Origin: Utricularia gibba
Lineage: Eukaryota > Plantae > Magnoliophyta
Direction of reading: 5' to 3'
DNA: 64,000 nucleotides
Assembly: GCA_002189035.1 (NCBI GenBank)
Contig: CM007989.1
Location: forward strand, 4,774,001 to 4,838,000
The notes under the pieces were generated by a model. It did not search any database, was not told where the DNA came from, and saw only the letters and a list, made by a program, of their open reading frames with translations. Below, one piece after another: positions 13,543 through 25,450 of the stretch. Within the stretch, counting starts at the first letter, position 1; each line of letters opens with the position of its first letter. The position numbers were made by a program, and so were the translations under genes.

Positions 13543-16143
13543 TTGAACGAATTAGATGCTGCTGATCACAGTTACAAGGGATTGTGTATCAATTTTCCAG
13601 ATGATGTAGCAAGTAAACTTAAACTGGCCATGATTAATTTTTTACCAAAGTTCTATGGGAAGATTGGAGAAAATCCACACAAGCATTGGATAATATTACA
13701 AAAGTTTACACATCGTGCTGGAGTGATGGAAGAAGCAATTTGTTTGAGGGCATTTCAATTCACTTTGGAAGGAGGAGCAAGGATGTGGTTTAATTCCTTA
13801 AAACCGAAAAGCATATCAGATTGTGATGGCATGAAGAAAGCATTCTTGACCAAATATTTTCCTGCCTCTAAGGCTGAAGAAATTAAAAAAACAATCAGTG
13901 ACATTAAGCAAATGATTGGGGAGTCACTTCATGAGTATTGGGAGAGGTTTAATCAATTGCTTGGATCTTGTCCTCACCATGGTTTTCAATCTGCTTCCTT
14001 GGTCAAGTATTTCTATAATGGCTTAATGTGCACTGATAGGTCCATAGTTGATTCAGCAGCAGGGGGATTCTTGAGAAAAAAGACACCAACCGAAACTCTT
14101 TCCTTACTTGAGAAGTTGGCTGAGCATTCCAGGCATATTATCAGAAAGCAAGCCTCAAACAAGAGAGTATACGAAGTGGAGAGTAATCCCAAGGTTTCAG
14201 AGATTGAACTCACGAAAAATGTTGCTACTATGTCACAAATGATGAAGGAGCTATTCTTATTCCAGGTCAAGAACATGCCGTGCGGAAACCGTCACAGAAC
14301 AAGGCATGTTGTGGACAAGTGCCCACATTTATTTGAAGAAAAGCATGTGAAAGCTATGTGATATTTGGAGCCCCAACAGAGAAAAAAATATGATCCATAT
14401 TCAAATACTTACTACCCAAGCTGGAGGGGTCATCCAAATTTTCGTTGGAGCAACAACGAAAATTCTTATAAAGGGGAGAGCTCAACAATGGGGCAGCAAA
14501 ATTTTCAGGAGCAAAGATCATATCAGGTACCTCTATTTCAAAGACAAAACCAGCAAAACCAGTAGCAGTTTCAAGGCTCAAATGAAGGCAACGCTGGAGG
14601 GAGTGTTGGAAATTCTTTGGAAGAAATGATGAAAATGTTCATGGTGCAATCAATAAGAATTTCAGATGAAAATAGAAAATCTATCAAGAATTTGGAGACT
14701 CAATTGAGTCAACATCTTCATGTTCAAATTCTGGTGGAAGATTGAATTACAGCACCATGATATTAAGGGACAGCAAGGAGAAACCTGACAGAGACTTAGT
14801 CCGATCTGAGACTAAGATAGATAAGAAGCAGAAATTCAGTGTTGCAATTAAACACGAGGAAGTGGTGGTTCATCAGGAACCTCATAAAGTGAAGATCATT
14901 AATCCTCCATTTCATGAAAAGTTGAAGACAAAAGAAGATCAAGATGAATAGGAGATTTTGAAGATCTTAGGTGATGCTCAACTCAATTTAGCTATTTTGG
15001 ACTATATTTCTATGGTGCCAAAAAGTGTGAAATATTTAAAGAACCTTTGTATGTCCAAACCCAAGATAAAGGAAAAAGGAAAGGTATTTTTAAGTGAGAG
15101 TTGTTCAACATTACTCACTCAAAAGCTCCCTGAAAAATGCAAGGATCCGGGTACATTTTTCATTCCTTGCAAGATTGGAAATTTGAAAATCAGAAGAGCC
15201 ATGGCTGATTTAGGGGCTTCTGTTAATGTGATGTCATATTCAGTTTATGAAGCTCTTAAATTGGGACCCATGCAAGCATCTAGAGTGCAAATTGAATTGG
15301 CGGATCGAAGTGTCATTTCTCCCTAAGATTTGGTAGAATATGTCCTAATTCGAATTGAGGATCTCATATTTCCAGCTGATTTTTATGTAATTAATATGTC
15401 TACTGGAGGATCAAAGGACACTACAATAATTTTGGGAAGACCATTTTTGAGTACCTCAAATGCAATTATTAATGTGAAGATGAGAACAATTGAGATGTCT
15501 CTTAATGAAGAAAAGATCACACTTCACATGAAGGATGTTATAAACTCTTCAAGTGATTTTGAAGGGGTTTCTTCTATGGAGGCAATCGAAAAATTTGTTG
15601 AAGAATACTTGAAAGAAGAAATCGATGAAGAGGGAAGAGAATATGAAGAATTATTTCTTGAGAATGCAAACATTGAGACAAAGTTGGAGTATTTAAGTGC
15701 TTCTAGAGGTGAACAAGAAGAGAAAATCTCGAGTTTAAAGCTTTTGAATGCTCAAATGCAATACATTTCGATGGATGATAAGCAGGAAAATTCTGTAATT
15801 TTTTCTAATGGTCTCACCTCGGATCAAAAAGCAATCTGGTTCGAGAAATTCATCCAAAACCCAAATGAAATTTTGGATAATATTGAGGGGACAAATGTTT
15901 TTGTCAATCATTCTGGAAAACTCAACAATAGTGAAGATGTTTGCATAATTGCAGAGGCGTTTCCCAATGAACAACTATTCTCAGGTAAAATTACAAACTG
16001 GGAACCTTTGGGATGATCCATATTGGTGGAGAAGATGCAAGGATGGAGTCTTTAAAATGTTGAACAATTCTTATGAGACTTTTGAGAATGAGGCTCATAA
16101 TTTTACTGATGATACTACATTTGAAGATGCAGCAAAAACGTAG
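13543..16143 (+). pseudogene. Athila gag-protease with RT/RNaseH deleted, ending in an integrase-start fragment
   Basis: Gag LPKFYGKIGENPHKH...LRAFQFTLEGGARMWF; protease LPEKCKDPGTFFIPCKIG...AMADLGASVNVMSYS; FPADFYVI...ILGRPFLSTS. The sequence then jumps to AEAFPNEQLFS and WDDPYWWRRCKDG. The Athila post-pol motif GCGCTTGTGGGAGGCAACCCA is at ~16180. Confidence 0.9.
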
Positions 16144-16269
16144 CCTCAAAGATAGTCGAGTCCAAGACTAAAAACAAGGGCGCTTGTGGGAGGCAACCCA
16201 TGGTTAAGTCTTTAATTTCAGCATTTTAATTTCTAGTTTAATGTTGTTATTTTAGGAATTTTATCTGTA

Positions 16270-16650
16270 TTTTGCGCTGCTGGGAAATGATTATTCGGTG
16301 TTAAGGGGAGTTATTGATGGGGACTGAATTTTCGTTTTCTTTGGTTGAGTGGAATGTAGCCCTTGGTTTTTGTTCAAAACAGCAAGTAGATTCGCATGAT
16401 TTCGCAATTTGATTATCCAGCAGACTTTTATGTTGAAGAATTTTATGGAATTTTGAATGATCAGCATGTCATTGAATTTAAGCCAAAACGAACAAAATTT
16501 GAATTGTTTGGTGATCCCTTCATACGTTATGTTCATATGTTAGTCACTACAACTCTTTACAAACGTTTGTTCGGTAGGAATGTTGGATTTAATGCTCTTT
16601 ACAAACGTGAATTATTTGTGTTGTGGTGCATTATGACAAGTGTCCAGATT
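16270..16650 (+). pseudogene. Fragment of the Athila extra (env-like) ORF
   Basis: EWNVALGFCSKQQVDSHDFA and ILNDQHVIEFKPKRTKFELFGDPFIRYVHML...GFNALYKRELFVLWCI align with the C-terminal half of ORF 18257-19930. Confidence 0.85.
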
Positions 16651-16712
16651 TAGTTGATACAGAAGTTTGCTTTTATTGCAACGATATGTTAAAATTTCCG
16701 TTTATCATTAGG

Positions 16713-17203
16713 TCTAAAGATTGATTAGCACATTTCTCCTCTTTTCACCCCCAAGGAACACCTAAATACTTAGCCACTCATGCTTAAAGTAAATGAAAAT
16801 AGAAAAGAAAACATCATCCATATTGTAATCTCACAGTCGAATACCAGAAAACAAACGAGCAAGGAATTTAAAATATCAACAGAAAACTAGAAACATCGCT
16901 AGCTATTCTTAGCTAAGAGTAATAATCTTTGGAAACAGAAAATGGTCTTCAAGCATCAACTTCATTGCTGGTTCGTCTTCCTCCTTCTTCCCCCCAGAAA
17001 CCTTCTCCAGAAAGAATGTCGTGTGTCTCCAATGGGGGAGAGATTTTTCTCTCTCCATCGTGTCCCCTTTTTTGTCCAAAATCCTACTTTTTCCTTCCTT
17101 GGATTTTGTGTATATTCTTTTTCAGACTTTTCCCTCATCCTCTACCACTACACTGTTCATATCTGGCTCATTGGGATTTGTGTTGCGACTTGTGCTGCAT
17201 TGC
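16713..17203 (-). mobile_element. Athila-type LTR (family B), continuation of the LTR at 11462-11957
   Basis: Colinear with 59205-59690 (GTCTAAAGATTGA..AGCAC, CATCATCCATATTGTA, CCTTCTCCA.AAAGAATGTCG). Resumes right after the TTAGG TSD. Confidence 0.75.
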
Positions 17204-18256
17204 TGATAAATGAAAAATTGTGCAAGTCGTTAAATTACAAATTTTTCCTATCAAATAAATTTATAAACCTAATTCACATCAAGTCATATGAAAAATATGA
17301 GCATAGTGGACTAGGGTCGAACACAAGGGGCTAGGTGCTTGCTATGTGAAGATCAATGCAAGGAGTCAGTGACACGTTGGTAAATTGGTCTTAATTAGAA
17401 CTAAGGATGGAATGCAGTAAAGAAAAGTAACAAGCTTGGGACTCGGTGGTTTCTAATATGAAATGGATGATGCCTTGGGACTCCTATAGATAGTATGCTT
17501 GTCACTAAACAAGCTCACACAAATCATAAATCAAACAACTAACATACAAGATCTAGGTCTACCTGGATTCTTGTTTTCCCCCTAATATTTGATCCACCTT
17601 CTCTACCACTACACTATTCATATTCGGCTCCTTGGGATTTGTATTGCAACCTATGCTGCATTGCTCGAAGGAAACTATTAGAAGGTTGGGATTAAATCGC
17701 AGATTTAGTCCCAACTAAAACTAAAATATCACTACTACGACACTATGTGCAAAAATATGGAACTAGGCAATAAAACTTGATTTTTGTAGCATAATATGAA
17801 TTTTTTCCATTTACTCAATCACTCAAAAATATGTGTCATCACATTATGCTACAATGACACTAGACTTGTCCTCAAGTCCTAACTAAGACTAACAGGAGGT
17901 GAGCAATTGAGGGATTTCCAAACAGCCATGCAGACACTTAGCATTTAAATCCAGAATGCAAGAATTTAAAGAGTGCAAGTGTACAAGACGGGTAAGCACT
18001 CAAGCTTACATGTGAAGTTCATCAAAATGAGTGCCTTCAAAGATTAAATAAGCTAACATGACACAATTAGACTTTCAAAGGGATATTGGTAGCAATGTTA
18101 CTTGATCAGGGAGGAATCTTTCACTCCTTGTTTCAACTCTTTCACTTCCCTTAACAAATGCCCAAGCCTGCCATAAACTATGTCAATTCGCTCCTTGCAG
18201 CAGCAATCTTTCTCATTCTTTCTGGTCATGGCTATCTGATAAGGGGTTTTTCCCTT

Positions 18257-19930
18257 TTATGTCACTGGAGGTGCCTCCCCACAAAGTCCTGCAGTTTTGA
18301 GAAAATGAGCATTAAGAGGGGCTAATTTCGTTTCTACATGCAGGAATTCCAACTCAAAAATTTTATCAGAGCATAACCTTTGAGCAAGAAAAGTAACAAC
18401 ATTACCAAACCCAAGATGATTTATGGTGTTCCTCCTGTATTCCCTGTTCATTTGCTCTACTAAAATCACCCCTAAATTCAAGGTTTTCTTGTGCAACAAG
18501 CACCACATAACAAACAAATCATGTTTGTACATAGAATTAAATCCTAAGGCCCTACCAAACAACACAACTGAAACAAGCAAGTGGACATATCGCATAGTAG
18601 GGTCTGTAAATAAATCAGCTTTTGTCCCTTTGGATTTAAATTCTATCACATGTTGATCAGTTAAAATTTCATAAACCTCTTCAGCATCAAAATCATCAAG
18701 GTAATCAAACAATGACGTAGCAAATTCATGGGATTCAACATGCTTTTCTGTACAAAATCCTAAAGCTACATTCCATTCAGCAATTGATAATGAGAAATTC
18801 TTTCCTAGCAATTTAAACGTAATGGCTGATGGTGCAAGCACAGTTTCTGGTTTTTCATAACAAAAGGTAGAAGCAAAGTCATACATCAATTCAACATAAG
18901 AAGAACGGTTCAAATCACTTAAAGCAAGCAGCACAAAATCCTCTAAAATTGAATAAACTTCAGTAACTATGTCCAATTCTACCAATATTTCGAAATCTAT
19001 GACCCGACAAGGCAGCACCCTTGCCTCTTTTACCTCATTATACCTGGCTGAAAATTCTTCTTCATCAAAGTGTAGGTACTTGATATTGAGCATTTCTGCA
19101 TGTTGCTTGAAGTAAGGGATGCCCTTGCTGATCATTTTCCGCTGTGATTTCCCTTTCTCTTCCTCTTCAACCCTACCTGAACTCAAAAACAGTGGAACAA
19201 GGTTAAGTAAGAATTTTTCTCGTTCCGTTTGTACCTCTTGTTCCTCCTCCTCACTGGCATTTTTCTCCAACTCCTCTATTTCTGGTTCAGGTTCCTGCTG
19301 ATTCTTTGTTCTACTCCTAGTTGGAATTTGTTTTGCTTCCCCAACTTCAGCTTCCTTTTCTTCAGTTGGTTGCTCTACAATTTCTCGGATTTCTTCCACC
19401 TCTGTTGGTGCAATTTCCCTTTCAAATGTAGTTTGTGTGGTGAATTCCTGTTGCTTCTTCTGGCCCTTTCTCCCCTTCTTCTTTTTCTGGTACATAATCT
19501 GGGATAGCTTAGTAGACGCTTCTTCAACAGCCAATTTCCCTTTTCCTTTGTAACTCCTCTGTAGTTCCCTCAATTTTTTCTGAAGGTCAGGGCTGCTAGG
19601 TGCCTTTAGTCGTGGGCTTCTTCGTTCTACCACAGGAGGTTCTGCTATTTCTTGAGAAGGAGTTCCACCCAGATTTGCTGAATGCAAGAGAGCATCTACA
19701 CCCTGAAATGCTTCTTTTGTTGGGGTTGTGACGTTGATCTGTTCCTGCTTAGGAGTAACAGTTACTGCCTTCCTAGTTTTCTTGCACTTGTTGCTTTCAG
19801 CAGTGATCTTCTTGTCTGATTTTGCAGCAGCAGCACTCTGATGTTGGTGTTTTGCAGGCATCTTGCGAGATAATCTTTCTGCAATTCTCAAGTGCAAGGT
19901 GAAACGTATGAAACAAAATGAACATTGCAA
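18257..19930 (-). CDS. Athila extra ORF (env-like / putative plant transposon protein); likely start MPAKHQ, premature stop near the C-terminus
   Basis: 557 open codons between pol and the 3' LTR. The N-half is K/E/Q-rich with RRSPRL. The C-half has YVELMYDFASTF...ITFKLLGKNFSLSIAEWNVALGF, typical of Athila extra ORFs. The same frame stays open for 52 more codons after the TAA, to 18098. Confidence 0.75.
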   Translation of the reverse strand: MQCSFCFIRFTLHLRIAERLSRKMPAKHQHQSAAAAKSDKKITAESNKCKKTRKAVTVTPKQEQINVTTPTKEAFQGVDALLHSANLGGTPSQEIAEPPVVERRSPRLKAPSSPDLQKKLRELQRSYKGKGKLAVEEASTKLSQIMYQKKKKGRKGQKKQQEFTTQTTFEREIAPTEVEEIREIVEQPTEEKEAEVGEAKQIPTRSRTKNQQEPEPEIEELEKNASEEEEQEVQTEREKFLLNLVPLFLSSGRVEEEEKGKSQRKMISKGIPYFKQHAEMLNIKYLHFDEEEFSARYNEVKEARVLPCRVIDFEILVELDIVTEVYSILEDFVLLALSDLNRSSYVELMYDFASTFCYEKPETVLAPSAITFKLLGKNFSLSIAEWNVALGFCTEKHVESHEFATSLFDYLDDFDAEEVYEILTDQHVIEFKSKGTKADLFTDPTMRYVHLLVSVVLFGRALGFNSMYKHDLFVMWCLLHKKTLNLGVILVEQMNREYRRNTINHLGFGNVVTFLAQRLCSDKIFELEFLHVETKLAPLNAHFLKTAGLCGEAPPVT

Positions 19931-20202
19931 TGGAATTTACCGCCAAACTCACCAAGGGTTTGGGGGAAAACTTGTAAAATCCTGAAAATTAACCGTTACC
20001 CCTGTACTTATCTTGCCTGTAACCACAGATTAATTCCCCATTTTGCAACAAAAACACAGCAAAAACTTTCCAAAATAACTCCTAGTTAAGTCTAAAAGTG
20101 CAAAAGTAAAATGACAGGAAAATAAAACTAATAGAAATTAAACTTAGGTTGCCTCCCAAGAGTGTCCTTGTTTCCAGTCCTGGACTAGACTTTCAGCAAC
20201 TT

Positions 20203-23200
20203 CTACGTTGTTTCTATGTCTCTTAGGACAAGAACTTCAACTTCTTCAGTCATCTTGTCTTGAAGATTTTCATAAAAAATCTTCAACCTATATCCATTCA
20301 CAATAAAACTCACATTAGTTCCTCCATCATAAACCTCCACCATGCCATTTGGGAAAACTTCCTTCACTACAAATGGTCCAGTCCAACGAGATTTGAGTTT
20401 CCCTGGATGTAACTTCAGCCTAGATTGAAATAGTAAAACTTTCTGACCAACTTCAAAGGACCTCCTGGAAATATGCTTGTCATGGTAACTTTTAGTCCTA
20501 GCTTTGAATAACTTTGAGCTTTCATAGGCATCATTTCTCAGCTCTTCCAATTCTGAGAGTTGTAATTTTCTTCAACTTGCACTGAGACTTCCATCCAGGT
20601 TTAACCTCTTCACTGCCCACCAGGCCTTGTTCTCTAACGCATCAGGTAACCTACAAGGTTTTCCATAAACTAACCTGAATGGAGAGGTCCCAATTGGTGA
20701 TTTATATGTTGTTCGAATTGCCCACAAAGTGTCCTTTAGTCTCAGACTCCAGTCCTTCCTATTCGGGTTCACCACTTTCTCCAGAATCTGTTTAATCTCA
20801 CTATTGATACCTCCGCTTGGCCATTTTTTTGTGGATGGTATGCTGTTAATGGCTTGTACCAAATGTTAAATTGCTTTAAAACGCTCCTCAAGGCCTGATT
20901 ATAAAAGTGCGTACCTCTATCACTGATCAGCACCTTAGGAGTCCCATACTGTACAAAAATGTTATTACGCAAAAAATTTATCACTGTCTTTGCGTCATCT
21001 GTCCTTGTGGGAATGACTTCAATCCACTTTGAGACGTAATCAACAACCACTAAAACATAGTTGTAGCCTGCAGAAGTGGGGAATGCCCCCATAAAATCAA
21101 TGCCCCAAGCATCAAATAATTCGCATACCAGGATTCCTTGCTAAGACATTTCATCCCTATTGGATAAATTTCCCATTCTTTGGCATGGCTCACAACCCTT
21201 ACAATAAGCATAGCAGTCTCTGAAAATGTGAGGCTAGTAGAATCCGCAGTCCAAAATTTTTCTGGCTGTACGGTTTGGTCCATGATGGCCACCAAAGGGT
21301 CCTACATGACAAGAATTGATAATCTTAGGAATCTCAAATTCATGAACACACCTTCGAATGATGCCATCATTGCATCTCTTCCAGAGGTAAGGATCATCCC
21401 AAATATAATATTTGGCGTCACTCTTCAATTTGTTCTTCATGTGATAATCAATTCCCGATGGCATCACTCCTGCTGAAACAAAGTTAGCCAAGTCTGCAAA
21501 CCACGATTCACGAATATTAGTCCTAACTATGAATAATTGTTCATCTGGAAACGTTTCAGTGATTGGATTTTCAGTCCTCAGCCCCTCCATCCTGCTGAGG
21601 TGGTCAGCAACCTTATTCTCCTTCCCAAGCCTCTCTTTAATTTCAACATCGAACTCCTGAACAAGGAGAACCCATCTGCTCAACCTTGGTTTGGTCTCCT
21701 TCTTCTCCATCAAATGCTTTACTGCAGAATGGTCTATGTAGAACACTACCTTGCTCCCTAAAAGATAGGAACGAAATTTCTCCAAAGCAAAAATCACAAC
21801 CAAAAATTCCCTTTCAGTCACAGTATAATTTTTCTGGGCATCATCCAAGGTTTTAGAGGCATAAGAAATAACATAATTTCGAAATCATTCCTCCATTTGG
21901 TGGTTGAATCACAGAAGCAATAGTCACAGCCTCTTTTAAACAATTAAAAGCATTTTTGCATGAATCATCAAAAATAAATTCCACATCATTATACAAAAGT
22001 CTACTAAGATGCAAGGCAATCTTCTATAAAAACCAACATGCCCCAAAAATGATCTCACACCCTTAAAATCAATTGGATACGGTAACTCAGTCATAATTTC
22101 AATTTTTGCTTTGTCTACCTCAATACCTTTCCTAGAAATAACATGGTCAAGCACAATTCCATGATCAACTATAAAATGACATTTTTCAGAATTAAGAACA
22201 TGATTTTTTTCAACACATTTTCGCAAAACTTGATCCAAATGGTCTAAACATGACTCATAATCCTCTCCATACACTGTAAAATTGTCCATAAAATGAAATA
22301 CTCACCAAAATTGGAGAAGATGCTGGTCATACACCTCTGAAAGGTAGCAGAGGCGTTGCACAACCCAAAGGTCATCCTTCTATAGGTACAAGTCCATAAT
22401 GGACAGGTGAAAGTTGTCTTGTCTTGATGTGTACCTGAAATTGCAACTTGGTTATATTCAGAATAACCTAAAAAACAATAAAAAGATTTTCCTGCTAATT
22501 TTTCGAGCATTTGATCAATGAAAGATAAAGAAGAATGATCTTTCTTGGTCACTTCATTCAATTTTCTATAGTCAATGCACACACATTCCACCCATTTTGG
22601 ATTCTTTGTGGCACTAGCTCTCCCTTCTCATTCTCCACCACTGTCATACCAGTCTTCTTGTGCACCACATGGATTGGACTCACCCATTCGCTGTCTGTAA
22701 TTGAATAGATAATACCTGCATTATGGAGTTTGACAATTTCTTTCTTTACCACTTCCATCATATTTGGGTTGAGGCGCCTTTGTGGCTGGCGAACAGGTTT
22801 TGCTCCATCTTCTAATAAAATCCTATGCATACACATAGAAGGAGAGATGCCTTCAATATCTACAAGAGTTCAGCCAATTGCCTTCTTGTTCCTGATCAAC
22901 ACGTCCAGTAGTCGCGACTCTTGGTCTAAGCTAAGACTATTTGAGATGATAACCGGGTTGTTCATTTCTTCATCCAAGAATGCATACTTCAAGTGTGTGG
23001 GCAGTGGCTTCAACTCGGCTGTTCGCTCCTCCAGGGTCTTGATTTGCATAGCATTAACCTGTTTTGACCCTTTTTCAGCTTCCACTCTTGCAAAAAATGA
23101 TTCCTCGTGCTCTTCTTCCTTCTCTTGAATGGCCTTCTCAAAATGCTCCTTAAACAACTTATCCATCATGTCCACTGAGCATACACTCTCAAAATCGTTG

Positions 23201-23420
23201 GGATAATTGTTCACCTCCTTCATGTCCAGTGTAATCTTTTCTTCATCAAAGGATAACTCAATTGTGCCCATCTTCACATTAATTATGGCATTGGAAGTAC
23301 TCAAGAATGGCCTTCCAAGGATAATTGTTGTATCCCTTGAACTTCCAGCAGACATATTTACCACATAGAAGTCTGCTGGAAACACTAGCTGCTCAATCTT
23401 CATACATGAGGAGATAAGAT
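20203..23420 (-). pseudogene. Athila pol (protease-RT-RNaseH-integrase), disrupted
   Basis: FPADFYVV; QPQRRLNPNMMEVVKKEI; SEWVSPIHVV; VCIDYRKLN; FGLCNASATFQRCM; MDNFTVYG; [27 protein letters not shown]; WDDPYLWK; [19 protein letters not shown]; VVVDYVSKW; LKSRWTGPF. Spread over many frames. Confidence 0.95.
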
Positions 23421-23429
23421 TACCAATGG

Positions 23430-24290
23430 AAAACATGGAATGAGGGCGACGAAGGCTAGGGAAAGCTAGCCCCCCCCCCCCCCCCAAGGCATGCAATAGG
23501 AGATCGACTAGAGGGAGAGAATGAATTTTTCAAACATTGGGAACGATTTTTCGGCGAATTCGAACCATTTTCAGGGAAGAAGATGAAGGAGGGACAATTC
23601 CAATGTGACAATGGAATTCAACTCCAACATTTGGAATCCAAAAGAATAGGGGCCTGTCTACATGAAGACAACGACGGAAGTAGTTCTAAGTGACACTAAA
23701 ACCACCTCCATCGCCTAGAATGGCAACAAGGCACTTGGAACCTTCCCAGCAAACCTTTAGAACCCATCTGATGAGAAGAAGAAGCTGATGCGCAGGAGAG
23801 TATAGATTTGAAGACTTGAACAAACAGCTTTTATTTTTCTGCATTTTACTTCTGCATTTTCGCTACCTACTCATTCAGTTTACTTTATTTGCTAGAACAT
23901 GAACTCATTTGAATGTTTTCATTAAGTCATCATGCTTTCTTTCATCGTATTCTTTACTGCTTTAACGCATGAATCAGAACATTAACTGTAGCATGTTTAG
24001 TTTATCTTTTAAGCATGGTTGATTTTTGTGTTAAGTGAAATGGTTACTTTTAACTTTAAGAAATGCTGATTTAAGTATTATGTTGTTTGTCTTTAGTTTA
24101 GAAACCATTTTTTGAATTTTTACTAATTTCTTTAGAATAGAAACCCACTTCCAAATCAAAACCCCTTGTTTAATCTATTTGTCTCTGTGGATCGATTTGG
24201 ACTTGTCACTACTACATTATTTTCTTTGTGAATATGATGTAGAATGCTAATTTAGTTTTATAAATATTCTTTATGAATCGTATCGACTTG
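23430..24290 (+). mobile_element. Truncated Ty3/gypsy LTR fragment of another family, joined head-on to the truncated pol
   Basis: LTR-like progression from purine-rich to T-rich sequence, then TCTGTGGATCGATTTGGACTTGTCACTACTACA (cf. TTCGTGATCGACCCCGACATCCACTATACA near the family A LTR end). Neither terminus is clean. Confidence 0.5.
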
Positions 24291-24649
24291 GAAAATGGAA
24301 ATCTAGTGAAAATCTTTGTCCCAAAGAATATAAGTCTCTCAGCTTTGCACAAAATAGGGATTGACAGATTGTTACCGCATGAAGAGATAGTTCAGCTTCA
24401 CCTGGTGAAAACCATGGGAGAAAGAAGAACACTGCCTCGAAGTGCTAGGTCAAAAAGAAGATGAATACATATTGGATAGAGAAGAGCTAGACCAAGAGTT
24501 GAGCCAAAGCAAAATGGGGCTGGATTTGAGAGACCAAAACTAAGAGGGAGAAGGCCCAACGAATCAGTCCAACATCGCAACTAGTTTAGATTTCAAAAAG
24601 GCAACAGGTATACTTATTACTGTTAGGAAAAACAACTATAAAGATGTAA

Positions 24650-25450
24650 ACTATGAACTCATAAAAGTGTGAAAAAGAAGGAATTTTTCTCAAGAAAAAA
24701 CCTGCTACTTAGGCTCCAAGATCATGAGTCAGAAATCTTTCTTCATAGACTTGCAATGAATTAGAATTTCCTTATTGGTTCAAGTCATTTAGGGAAGTTT
24801 AGATTGGAATTAAAGAACCCTTATGACTTCCCATAAGTATGTATGTTTGCACTCTACTACTCCATATTGGATTTTCAAGTTCGAACATGTACTTGTACCA
24901 TCAATCTAGACGCTACTCTTCACAATTATGGATGTAGCATTCTTGTGAATCATGGCATCAATGAATGCCCTTCCCTTTTCTTTTGTGCTAATTCAATGCA
25001 AAGGGATTTCCTTATGGAATTGTTTTAGAGGAAGGACAGTTTTAGTAAGCATGAAGAAATTGACCCAAGTCTCATAACTCCCATCAAATTCATTCGCATG
25101 CCTCATGCAAATTTATGCTATCATATTCATCCTAAAGAGCATAGTGTCACGCAGTATTCACCTGCTCGTTTGGAACAATGCATTAAGATGAACAGTTCAT
25201 GCTGAATTTATGGATCGTGATCATGTTTCTCTAACAATAATTTCCTTCCAATATCATTTTTAAAGTGTGCAACAACATCTAGAAAAATAAAGTTCAATAA
25301 CCACCTATGAACCATAGCATTAACATGAAAACAAGTATCATGATCCTTGTAGGTAGCATTGGGGATATCAATATGTTGGAATATTCAATTAATATATTGA
25401 GGGAGGAAGTTTATTCACCTCATTACCAATGTCTTGGAGACTAAAACTAA
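24650..25450 (-). pseudogene. Highly decayed Ty1/copia reverse-transcriptase fragment
   Basis: Minus-strand KSMKKDF* followed, after a frameshift, by HDLG...FFL (copia FKxSMKxEFDMTDLGxMxYFLG) at ~24760-24690. The remainder is too degenerate to align by eye. Confidence 0.4.

Larger units (their letters stand above)
11963..16707 (+). mobile_element. Athila-type Ty3/gypsy internal-deletion derivative (family A) with perfect TSD TTAGG
   Basis: 5' LTR 11963-13331 (TGATAGCACAC...CCGTTTATCA), then PBS, gag and protease. Only the last ~57 bp of the 3' LTR remain (16651-16707, matching 13275-13331). TTAGG flanks both ends (11958-11962 and 16708-16712). Confidence 0.9.
17204..23420 (-). mobile_element. 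5'-truncated Athila-type element (family B): 3' LTR, extra ORF and pol; gag and 5' LTR missing
   Basis: 3' LTR 17204-17841 (TGATGACAC...CATTTATCA on the minus strand) has an internal deletion. The pre-LTR motif CTTGAGGACAAG and the post-pol motif CTCTTGGGAGGCAAC (~20150-20165) are present. Confidence 0.85.

Noticed and set aside
23470-23485. C16 homopolymer near the pol/LTR junction
   Set aside because: Simple low-complexity run with no evidence of function.
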